Source of the DNA: Dipteris shenzhenensis
Taxonomy: Eukaryota
Direction: 5' to 3' (one strand)
Assembly: GCA_047967505.1 (NCBI GenBank)
Contig: CM106538.1
Length of the DNA: 64,000 nucleotides
Numbering within the stretch: the stretch's first letter is position 1; each line of letters opens with the position of its first letter. A program made the translations under genes and the position numbers. Of the stretch, positions 48,612 through 59,362 are shown one piece after another. The notes under the pieces were generated by a model, which saw only the letters and a list, made by a program, of their open reading frames with translations, did no database searches and was not told the origin of the DNA.

Positions 48612-51422
48612 TGTGGGGGTTAAAGTTCACTGTGCCTTTACCCGGGTTATGTACAATACTCAAACACATATATAAATGAATGAAAAAGAAGATTAGGGTG
48701 TTTTGCACCCACCAAAAGCTTGTGTGGCTCTCTCTTTCTCTCTCTCTCTCCCTCTTCCATTCTGCTTCCGTTCTGCTATAGCTCGGAAGAGTAATGTGTT
48801 CCAGGTATTTCAGAAATGGCTGGCCTTGGTTGAGAATCCAGCCAGGTAGAACGCTTAAATGCCTATGGACTGACAATGGTGGAGAGTATCTCTCTCATGA
48901 CTTTCAGCATTTCTATGATACACGTGGGATTAAGAGGGAGCTCACATCCCCTCGTACTCCAGAGCAACATCCTGTTGCAGAAAAGATGAACCGTACCATT
49001 CAAGAAAGGTTGCAATGCATGCTTTCTAATGCAAGTCTTTCTAGTGGTTTTTGGGCTGAAGACTGCAGTGCATGTGATCAATAGATCACCTAGTAAGAGT
49101 TTGGATGGTGGTATTCTTGAAGAGGCATGGAGTGGCAAGAAGCCCTCTTACTCTCATTTGCGTATATTTGGGTGTGAGGCATATGAACATGTGCCAAAAG
49201 AGCTTCGAAAGAAGCTAGATCCTAAGTCTAGGAAATGCACCTTTCTGGGTTATGGTGGAAGTGGAGAGATGGGCTATCGTCTCTGGGATCCATAAGCAAA
49301 GAATATCATACGCAGCCATGATGTAGTCTTCAATGAGAAGAAGATGCATAAGGCACCCATGAGGGATGTGGAAATGAGGAGAATCACTTTCCAGGATGTG
49401 AATCACCTGCATATGTTGATAGACAGCAAGCTGTCCATGCACCAAATGTGCAAGAAATGGTACTACCAAGTACTCCCACAAGTATACAATCAAGGGTAGA
49501 TGATGGATCATCTATTGGTGGAAATGATGAGCCAAATGTGGCTGATATGCAGGTGGGACAGCAAGCTAAAATGCCCTTGAGAAGATTATCTAGAGTGTCT
49601 AGACCGCCACCTGATAGGTTTGTTCCAGGGGTAGACTATGTGATGCTTATTGATTGTGGGGAGCCTTCTTGCTACAGAGAGGCTATGATGCACGAGGATC
49701 AACGCAAGTGGGAGTATGCTATGCAATCAGAGATGAGTTCACTTATGAAGAGTAAGACTTGGGACTTGGTTTCTTTGCCACATGGAAAGAAAGCATTGCC
49801 ATGTAAATGGGTCTACAAGATGAAGGTCACAGGTGATGATGTGCCTAGGTACAAGGCCTGTTTGGTCGCTAAAGGGTTCAAGCAAGAGAAGGGTGTGGAC
49901 TTTGATGAGATATTCTCTCCAGTTGTGAAGATGACCACACTTAGGTGCATGCTTGGACTAGTGGCAGCAGAGAATATAGAGCTTATGTAGATGGATGTCA
50001 AGATAGCTTTCTTGCATGGGGATCTGCATGAGGAAATTTACATGGTGCAACCGGAAGGCTTTGAAGAAAAGGGCAAAGAGCATTTAGTTTGCAAGCTGAA
50101 GAAGAGTCTCTATGGTCTTAAGCAAGTGCCTAGATAATGGTATCAGAAGTTTGATGCTTTCATTTGATCCCAGGGTTTTAGAAGGAGTGAAATTGATCAC
50201 TGCCTCTACAATAAAAGGGCTTAGAAGGATAATAGCGTGATACTCCTAGCACTATATGTGGATGATATGCTATTGGCTAGCAAGAATACTTATGAGCAAG
50301 ATGCATTAAAGGCCAAGTTGCATGAGGTCTTTGATATGAAGGATTTGGGACTTGCAGGTCATATTCTTGGTATGTGCAGCATCACGCGTGATCGGAGTAG
50401 GAAACTCCTTTGGCTTTCACAGAAGGAGTATGTGTTACAAAAGTATTGTAGTGTTTCAATATGGAGGGGGGGAAGGCAGTGAAACTGAGTCATACAGATA
50501 GTCCCAAATCAGATGAGGAGAGGACCATGATGGCTAAGGTTCCTTATGCATCAGTGGTTGGGAGTCTTATGTATGCTATGATAGCTACTAGACCAAACAT
50601 TGCATTTGCAGTGGGAGTTGTTAGCCGATATATGGCTAATCGAGGAAAGAGGCATTGGGAGGCAGTTAAGTGCATCATGAGGTACATGAAGGGTACCAAG
50701 GAGATGTGCATCTGCTTTGGTAGAGGAGACATGCGTGTACTTGGATACACAGATTCGGACTATGCAAGGCATGTGGATAGTAGGAGATCCACTTCTGGTT
50801 ATGTGTTCACCTTTGCAGGTGGTGCAGTGTCGTGGATGTCTTGCACACAGAAGTGCATTGCTTTGTCTACCACAGAGGCTGAGTATGTTGCAGCCACAGA
50901 GGGTTGCAAGGAGGCTATATGGCTTGATCAGCTAGTGGGAGATTTGTGGAATAAACATATATACCAACATTGCATAGTGATTCCATGAGTTCTATTCAGC
51001 TAGCACGGAATCCGATCTTTCATGCAAAGACCAAACACATTGAGGTCAGGTACCATTTCATTAGGGAGGTACTTGAGGACAAGCACATAGAGCTTGTCAA
51101 GGTTCATACAGATGATAACCCTGCAGATATGCTGACGAAGAGTCTACCTGGTTAGCGGTTTGAGTATTGTCATGTATTGATGGGCATTGGATAGTATGCT
51201 CATTGGTTGTTCTCCCTTAAAGTTGCATTGTCCTTTAAGTCGGAGGTTGTGGGGGTTAAAGGTCACTGTGCCTTTACCCCGGTTATGTACAATACTCAAA
51301 CACATATATAAATGAATGAAAAAGAAGATTAGGGTGTTCTACACCCACCAAAAACTTGTGTGGCTCTCTATTTCTCTCTCTCTCCCTCTTCCGTTTTGCT
51401 TCCGTTGAGAGCACTCTCAGCA
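48612..51422 (+). mobile_element. Ty1/copia element with short (about 175-bp) LTRs; gag/protease deleted
   Basis: The LTR TGTGGGGGTTAAAG... at 48612 is truncated at about 48772 and fused directly to integrase. A full LTR lies at 51248-51422. Motifs: WTDNGGEY, KWVYKMK...ACLVAKGF, LYVDDML, DSDYA...RRSTSGY, AKTKHIEVRYHFIRE. Confidence 0.95.
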
Positions 51423-51980
51423 CGTGCCTCAACATAGGTAAGATTGATGTGTGTGAAAAGAATCATGCCCATCTGGTATGTGCGATTTTGAATAACACAC
51501 GTCAAAGCATGTTTTTTGGTGATTGTGGTGCAAAACAGGATTTGTGGTGACTTCGACCATCATAATCATATCCCATGGGCATAATACTTTGTAGGTTCCT
51601 CAAAATAGGTAAGGTTAATGCACATAAAAATTATCATGCCCATCGGGCATGTGCGTGTTTGACTAACATACCTCAAAGCGTGTTTTTGAAGTGCATAAGA
51701 CTTGGTGAAAAATAGGGTTTATGGCGACTTCGACCATCCAAAGAATATTCGATGGGCATGATAATTTTCATGCACCTCAAAGTATGTGGGATTGATGCAC
51801 ATGAAGATTATCGTGCCGATTGGGTATGCGCACATTCGAATAACACACCTAAGAGCGTGTTTTTTGACGATTGTGCATAACACTTGGTGAAAAATAGGGT
51901 TTGTGGTGACTTCAACCATCCAAAGCATATCCAATGGGTACAATAATTTGTATGCACCTCAACATAGGTAAGATTCATGC
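51423..51980. repeat. About 175-185-bp tandem repeat, three copies
   Basis: CCTCAA(C/A)ATAGGTAAG at about 51427, 51598, 51775 and 51957. TTTGTGGTGACTTC(G/A)ACCATC at about 51541, 51718 and 51900. Confidence 0.8.
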
Positions 51981-52259
51981 AGGACCAAGTGGGAGGCTAT
52001 CAAGTCGGGAGTTGACGCATACGAAAGGTTTGGGAGGCAACAGAGCCAAGAAACTGAATAGTAAAGAAGGCCATAAGATGGACAGCCTAACTTACAAAGT
52101 TTACACAATGAAAAGCTACATGAGAACATCATTTCATAAGGGAAATCGCCATGAACCTGAGATGAAGACATGGACAAAGAAAAGTATTAGTAAGAGTGGA
52201 TGCAGTCGTGCATGTAAATGGAGGGGTAGTTTAATAAAGAAAGGGGAGAAAAAACCAAC

Positions 52260-55200
52260 ACAAAGAACCATGCAATGTCACGAGTGGTGGCACGTGTAAG
52301 GAGAGTGGGGAGGTATATTCACTTGGGATGCTCTTAGTGCCATTAGGTGGTTTGGTTGCATTTTAGAAAGGTTTATTTTAGGTTAAGTGGTAGCTAGGTA
52401 AAAGGGGAGAGGGGGGGAAGGGGTTAAATATGTATAATTTATAAGGGGGGTGGTTCACAGGGTAAAGTCCAATAATTAGAAAGGGTGTTTCTTTTGGATT
52501 ATAGATATAGAGTGGCATCAAATGAAAAGAGATTACAAAGATATTAAAGGTCAATAATTTAATTGGGCGTCATAGCATAGTGTAAATAATTAGGAGGGGT
52601 GCTTGAATTATGAATATAGAGTGCCATCAATTGATTGGCAAAGAGAGAGTACAAAGATAAAAGGTCAATAATTTAATGTGTGGGGCTAGTACGGGTGTGA
52701 ATATTAAGGGGAAAGGGGAAGGGGGAGGGGGGTTAACCTATACTAAATTTCAAAAAGCATCTTGAGGTTGGTTCTTTGAGATGTTCTTTGAGATTGTAAA
52801 ATTCCTTAAGTTTCAAGAGGCCATTACGAGATTATTAGACATATGGAACAGTCGTAAGAATGATCAACTTTATTCCCAAGCTTATAAATGAACCAAAATC
52901 TCATGAGAGGTTCCAAAAATAGGAAAATGTGTGTGTGTGTGTGTGTAGCCAGGGTAGAGTAGCAGTCTTCTATATTGTGTGTGTGTGTGTGTGTTTTAAA
53001 TAAAAAAACCTTTTAACAACACGGCACACGAAACTCAATTAAGGGTGGATAAAACATTATTTATTATATGGGTGTTCATAACACAAAAGTTGGTGAAAAA
53101 ATGACAAATCTGTCAGGTATTCCAAGCTCCGAGGTCAAGGTCCCACTTAGGTGAACCTCTAAAAGTTGCCAGGTGGTGGGCCAAAAAATGATTTTGCATA
53201 ACTTTATAAAACTAGAGCTTGGATAAGTCTTGGCCAGCATCACCTTTATTGAAGAGGGGGGTCTGCATACCTGTCACCATCCAACAAGAAAACATGGTAA
53301 GAACCATCTCAGCTTAGGTTGGGAAGACAGATGTCATAAACACCCCTTCCTTATTATCGGAGTCACAATAAATTAGATGCTTTTTCCAAGAACTTAAACT
53401 GCTCGATGTAGTATAAATAAGTGAAACCAAAAATGTTTTGTAAATTGTGGAATGAAGTGAACCAATCTTGAGTTTTATACAAAGGTGAGGGGAAGTTCGT
53501 AAACAATAAATGGAGGGTGGAAGGAGGATAGAAAACATACATCTTTACTTAAAATAGGAGAGGAGAGAAATTAAATGGGAGAACTAGGGAAGGGGAAATG
53601 AAGTATTAGGATTAGTAAGAGAAAAAAGGTTTGGTGGAAAATTTGGGGAAGTAGGGGGGGTTTGTCCTAGAATCACAAATAAGATAAGGATAGGAAGAGG
53701 ATTTATGTAGGGTTAGGATGAAGGGTTGACAAAAACTTACGGTACAAATTTAAGAATATGAGAAGCACGGAAAGAGGAGGGAAAAAAAGGAAATAGAGAT
53801 GAGGGGAAAATTAAGGGTAAATATTTATTAGGGATGGGGGGTAGGGGTTATATATCTATAGAGACAAATAGAGAAGGGAAAATCGATCTAGATAGATCTA
53901 TAGAGAGGTAAGGGGGAAAAGTATAGAGAAATCTACAGAGAGGGAGGGAAAGCATAGGATAAAAGTATTTATAGAAAGAAATCTTTAAAAAATATAGGGA
54001 CATATACGCATTTTGTTAGATAGTATTAATGTAAGAAAAAGGCATTAAGAACTAGAAGAGGGGGGGGAATATAGATAGAGAGAGGAGAGGATGAATAAAT
54101 AGAGAAGGGGGGTATTATCACATATAAAGGGGGGGTGGGGAATAGGTAACTACAAAGGGGGAGGGCAAGGAAACCCAAAACATAGAAAGGAGAGAGAGTT
54201 TTACAATAAGTGAAGGAAGACCGGGTGAAAGAAAAAGGGCGAAAAGATTTAGAAGGAGGAGGAGATACTGTGAATGGTACTACAGTGTACTAAAAGCAAG
54301 GTAGTTCTCATACAAGCCAGAGAAAGGAGTACCTGGTAATCCTTCGTGGGTGAGATCCGAGTGAAGAAGAGGGGATTTCTTTAGACTACGCATGCACGAT
54401 TGGGAGGTCGACTCGTCGAGCAAAGCTAGCATCAAAGCCTGGTGGCAGTACTGTAGCATGGAAGCCGGAGGAGGTGGGCAGAAAACGGAGTTCAAGGGGC
54501 AGAGTACATACTGTAGGAGATGTGAGTGGGGGCTGTGGGCATTGGGCAGTCACGTAGGTAGGGCCGCACGAGGTAGAAACCAGTAGAAGAGGTGGGTAGA
54601 ATAGAAGGGAAGCATCTATTAAATAGGTAGGAGGGTCGGTCAGTCGGGGAGAAAGAGAGCTAGGGAGGCTAGGTTGTGCACAAAAAGGCATGAATAGTAG
54701 GCTGGCAAAAACCACGAGGAGGGGGTTATAAATAATCATTTATCAGTTTTATAAAAATGGGGAGTTTGAAAGTCGAGGGGGGGTTATTTTGGGGGTTACA
54801 GTAGTGAGGTTAGGTTAAGGAGTGGCTAGGAATAATTAAGAAGAGGGGGGGGGGCATAGGAAAGTAGGAAAAGGTAGCAAAATAAGAGGGGGGCCCCTCG
54901 GGGGGTTAGTAAAATTAAAAAGGGAAACATTTAAAGGGAAGTAGGGAAAAGTTTTCAAATAGATCCACCAAAAATAATGAAAAGAAGAAACAAAATAAGC
55001 AAAACCTATAGGGGGAAAAGAAAATTGGGATAATAAACAAGAAAAGAAAAGTAATAAGGTAAATTACTCAAAATTAATAAAGAAAATTAAAAAAATTAGG
55101 AGATAAGTAACAAGTTAGAAAAAATCATTAAAATTAGAAAAATTATACGAAAATTATATGGAAAAGAAAAAAAGTAGAAAATTTATAGAAAAGGTAAAAG

Positions 55201-55450
55201 GCCATTAATAAAGGAAAATAGGGGAAAAGGAAAAAAATAAGGAAAAAGAAAAAATTTGAGGTAGGTAAAATAAAGAAGCCACTGAGAAACTAGATTTAAA
55301 AATTGGGGATATAGTGTTAGAAAAAGGGAGAAAATTTAGGAGAAATAAAGGGAAGTAGGGGAAATAAAAAAATAAGGAAAATTAGGGAAAATAAAAAATA
55401 ATGAGAAATTTAGGAATATAAAAAACAGGAGAGAGAGAGAGAGAGACAAC
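52260..55450 (+). other. Strongly purine-skewed (A/G-rich + strand) low-complexity region
   Basis: Long A/G runs with very few C on the + strand, especially 53550-54270 and 54740-55450. Contains (GT)n at about 52929-52995 and is followed by (GT)n at 55490-55565. Confidence 0.7.
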
Positions 55451-55494
55451 CACAGGGGCCAGGGTTAAAAAGAGAGGAAGGTGTAGGAAGTGTG

Positions 55495-55568
<74 letters not shown>

Positions 55569-56279
55569 TGCGCACGTGCGCGTTTGTGTGCATATGTATG
55601 TGTTTAGCAATTTATAATCTCAATTTGGGCTATCATTTTTAAAAAGAACATTTGAAAATAGAATGTGGACCTGTAAAGTGGAAAGCAATCTTTAAATATC
55701 ATTCCTTATACATTGTCAAAAGAATTAGTGGTAAAGGTAAGAGTCGTACTTGTTGGTTACTACATGAAGGCTACATGCACAATTTAACAAGCTTTAAAAT
55801 ATTAGGCATGGAACTTCTATTGCATATTTTTCAAACCATTTGATAGAACATTTATTTTCCTCAATGGTGGCATATGCTTCACATCACTTAAATTAGAATT
55901 TTGCTTGTTTATAAATCACACATTCCAAGGTTTGTAATGCCTTTGAAGGGTTGCATTTTCAACGATTGTCCTATGATTGTCATAGATCACTTGTATGAAT
56001 CACACATTCAAAGTTTGAACGCTCTTTGAAGGCAATAGTTCAACGTTATCTAGTTAGGCCTTTTGGTCTAGGGTGGGAGCAACCATGACAAATAGATTCA
56101 TTGCCTAAACACATGGCATTCTTATTGGCTCCATGTGCAAAGGTCCTTTGACAAATAGATTCCTAGCCTAAACACATGGTAGTCTCAATGTGCAAACGCC
56201 CGGTTTTTTCCGCCCACCCAAAGTACCGTAGAGGGGCATAGCTGCCGAGGACCCACACTGTCACACATGTTTGTCTCAG

Positions 56280-56455
56280 GATTGTCGTCAGGACTCAGGA
56301 GCATCCTCTAAGGCTCTTAAAGGAATACGTAATGACGTTGAAAACGAAGGATTGCACGTCGTCAGGAGCATCCTCTAAGGCTCTTAAAGGAATACTAATG
56401 AAATCATGAACGTTGATTGAAAACGAAAGATTGTCGTCAGGAGCATCCTCTAGGG
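56280..56455 (+). repeat. Triplicated motif upstream of the GRAS gene
   Basis: (GTCG)TCAGGAGCATCCTCTA(AGGCTCTTAAAGGAATAC) at about 56295, 56358 and 56433. TGACAAATAGATTC...GCCTAAACACATGG occurs twice at about 56086 and 56149. Confidence 0.75.
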
Positions 56456-56512
56456 GAAAGCATGGTCAAATAACGTGTACAATAAGAAGTACACTCAGGC
56501 ATAGATTCTTGT

Positions 56513-57919
56513 TTGCACGACCGCTTCTCAGGCCCATCCTCCATCGCTGCACGCCTCATCTCTGCCTGTCATGGCGTCCTCTTTGATGATCAAGAGAGCT
56601 TCTGCAATCACCTTCCTGCTTCCCCACCTCTGTCGCAATCCTCCGATCGCCATGAGTGTTTCGGAATTAAAGCTTGCAACCAGCAGGCACAGCTCGACTG
56701 CGCACGCAATGACTCCATTGCTTCTTCATCCCCTTCGCCAAACGCAGCTGCAGCCATGGACGACGTTCTCGCATCTGAACACTGTTTTCACGCTATGAGG
56801 TTGTTTCACCTTCTTTCTGCAGCTGCCGAGGCTGTGGCCACCCAGAACAATGACCTCGCAGAGATTATCGTGGACCGCCTCGAGGACTTGTCCTCCACCA
56901 GAAGTGATCCGATGCAAAGAATAGCATTTTATTTCAGCCATGCATTGCGTTGCCGCATGGACGGTTTCATTCCTCGGTTGGCATGGAATGTGGACCGGGA
57001 CTTGAGCTCTTCACAGACCCTTGCCGCTTTCCTTGTACTCCACGAGTGGACTCCCTATATCAAATTCAGCCATTTCACAGCTAATCAAGCTATCCTCGAA
57101 GCAACCCAGGGGTGTTCTAGGCTTCATATTGTGGATTACGACGTATCGGATGGCAGTCAGTGGTCTTCTTTTATGAGTAGCTTTGCCTCAACAAAAGGGG
57201 AAGCCCCTCTGCACTTAAGTATAACTGCCATCTATTGGACTCATGGGTCATCTGCCTTGCCGAAAACAGGAAGACGCCTGTCAGATTTTGCTTCCTCGAT
57301 AAACCTATCCTTCAGCTTCAATCAAGTTAAGGTTGGTCCTGGAGACCAGCTCCATCCATCAACGATAAAGCTTGTCAAGGGAGAAACGTTAGCAGGTAAC
57401 TGCATGATACATCTTCCCCACATGTCATACCGCAGTGAGTGCTCGGTCCAAACATTCCTTGAAGTCATCAGAAAACTTTGCCCGAAAGTTTTGACTGTTG
57501 TCGAGGAAGATCTGGGCTGCAGCAGCAATATACCTTTTGTTGATCATTTTTTCGGCTCGCTTCAGTACTATTCTGCCCTGATTGACTCACTCGGCGCCAG
57601 TTTACCTGACGAGAACGACACTTGCATAATTGTAGAGAGGAACTACATTGCAACTAACATCATCAGCACGGTCACGTTTGGTGGTTCAGTCTTGCACGTC
57701 CCAGAAAATCCGGTGGATTATCCTGAAAACAGGCATTGGTCCTGCTTCGTGCGTTCCCTAGGATTCGAGTCCGTTCCAATTTCGCTCAGTAACCACTGTC
57801 AGGCGAGGCTTCTTCTGAGTCTATATCCAGATGGTTTTTCTGCGGGGATAGAAGGCGATCGCTTGCTTCTTCGATGGCACTCTATAGGCCTATTTGCGGC
57901 TTGCGTTTGGACCTGCTAA
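56513..57919 (+). CDS. NSP2-like: GRAS-family transcription factor, NSP2-like (intronless; first in-frame ATG at 56756)
   Basis: RLFHLLSAAAEAV (LHRI), MQRIAFYF, TPYIKFSHFTANQAILEA, LHIVDYD (VHIID), QWSSFM, TGRRLSDFA, NCMIHLPHMSYR (NSP2-type NCMLxLPHLSYR), PKVLTVVEE, QARLLL, and a SAW-like end. Confidence 0.9.
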   Translation: MHDRFSGPSSIAARLISACHGVLFDDQESFCNHLPASPPLSQSSDRHECFGIKACNQQAQLDCARNDSIASSSPSPNAAAAMDDVLASEHCFHAMRLFHLLSAAAEAVATQNNDLAEIIVDRLEDLSSTRSDPMQRIAFYFSHALRCRMDGFIPRLAWNVDRDLSSSQTLAAFLVLHEWTPYIKFSHFTANQAILEATQGCSRLHIVDYDVSDGSQWSSFMSSFASTKGEAPLHLSITAIYWTHGSSALPKTGRRLSDFASSINLSFSFNQVKVGPGDQLHPSTIKLVKGETLAGNCMIHLPHMSYRSECSVQTFLEVIRKLCPKVLTVVEEDLGCSSNIPFVDHFFGSLQYYSALIDSLGASLPDENDTCIIVERNYIATNIISTVTFGGSVLHVPENPVDYPENRHWSCFVRSLGFESVPISLSNHCQARLLLSLYPDGFSAGIEGDRLLLRWHSIGLFAACVWTC

Positions 57920-59362
57920 ATTTCTCCTCACTACCACCAAATGCAAAGCCACATGGGGGCTCTTTTGTATGCAGATAAGTAGTTCAAACGAAAAGTATTT
58001 TTACAAAATCTTTCAATCAAGTTTTTCTATGTAAGTTTATAGCCATTTAGGAAAACTTACAAGAAATACACTTTGCTATATTATTTTCAGAATACTTTAG
58101 TAGATACATAGGACTTTAGATACAATGATATTTACACGAGAATTTTAGTATTCTGCAATGATCTACGAATGAAATCTTGTGATAAATTTGGGAGGTTGGT
58201 TAATTTTACTTGATTTTAACGTGTTTAAGAACATTAATAATCTCTAATGAAGAAAATCTACATAATTATCTATTTGTTAAGTATCTATGAAAACATGAAA
58301 TAGAGAGTGTTTCCATATATTTATATATTTCCTTATTTACTTATATTCGTGTTTATATGTGAGAGGACAAAAATACGATAAGTATTTCAAAGCTAAATGA
58401 ATAACATGACCATTCAAATAATCATGTGTGACTTGATTTGAATTTATGTTTATATGCTTCTTCTATATGAAACACGTTATTATTATTATTTTATTTAAGT
58501 TATATGCTTTAATTTATACTTCTTTTATGAAACACGTTATTATTTTAAAGTCATGATTTCAGTCATATGCTTTAATTTAAAATTTAAAAAAATGCATGTA
58601 GATGTACTTTTGTATCTCTAGTTTGAAAAAGTGCAAACATAATTTTGATTTGTAACGAGTTTGTAACCTTGTAGACTTTTAAATTTAATTATTATAGATT
58701 AAAGAATGGTTTTTTCTAAAACCATCCACTCATCCACATGTATGAGTGGAAGAATGCTAATTTCTTTACAAGCACATGTAAGAATGAATTTTTAAAATAG
58801 ACCATTCATTCATCTAATGAGGGAAAGAATGCTCAATTCATTCACAAGCACGAGTGAGACAAGGGAGACAACATGCGATGGATGAAGCAGTAGTTACAAC
58901 TAAAGTAGTGGTATCATGAAAGCTTACAAGTTTATGAGTGTCATGGGACACATGTGCAAATGCCCAATCATAATTTACATGGCTGGTGGATATGTCACAA
59001 GCAAGCACCTCTTGAAAAGTGCTAAAATTGTGTTCTTTTAGCACAAGCATTTAAGCACAAAAAGTGTATCGGCGACCAAACGCGCTACCACCCCAATCTA
59101 GGATACCATCACACTGTGAGCCTTTCTTATATCTATGTACACTTTTCACCTATAAGTGTAATGAGTCCATTTGGAAATTTTGTGTTTGGTTTCTAAGAGC
59201 TCTTATTCATGGCAGATGTTTTCCCTTTGGACTTCGAGGAGTCGGAACCAGTTGAGTCATTCATAGATAAGTTCAATACGATTCATCAGGATTTAGGTAA
59301 AACACCTATTTCATTAATTTTGGACTTTTTCTATTGTTTTTGGACGAAGCCCAAAAATCCTT

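Noticed and set aside
59209-59300. Short ATG-initiated exon MADVFPLDFEESEPVESFIDKF with a GT donor
   Set aside because: Too short and immediately interrupted by the CACTA terminus; no family recognised.
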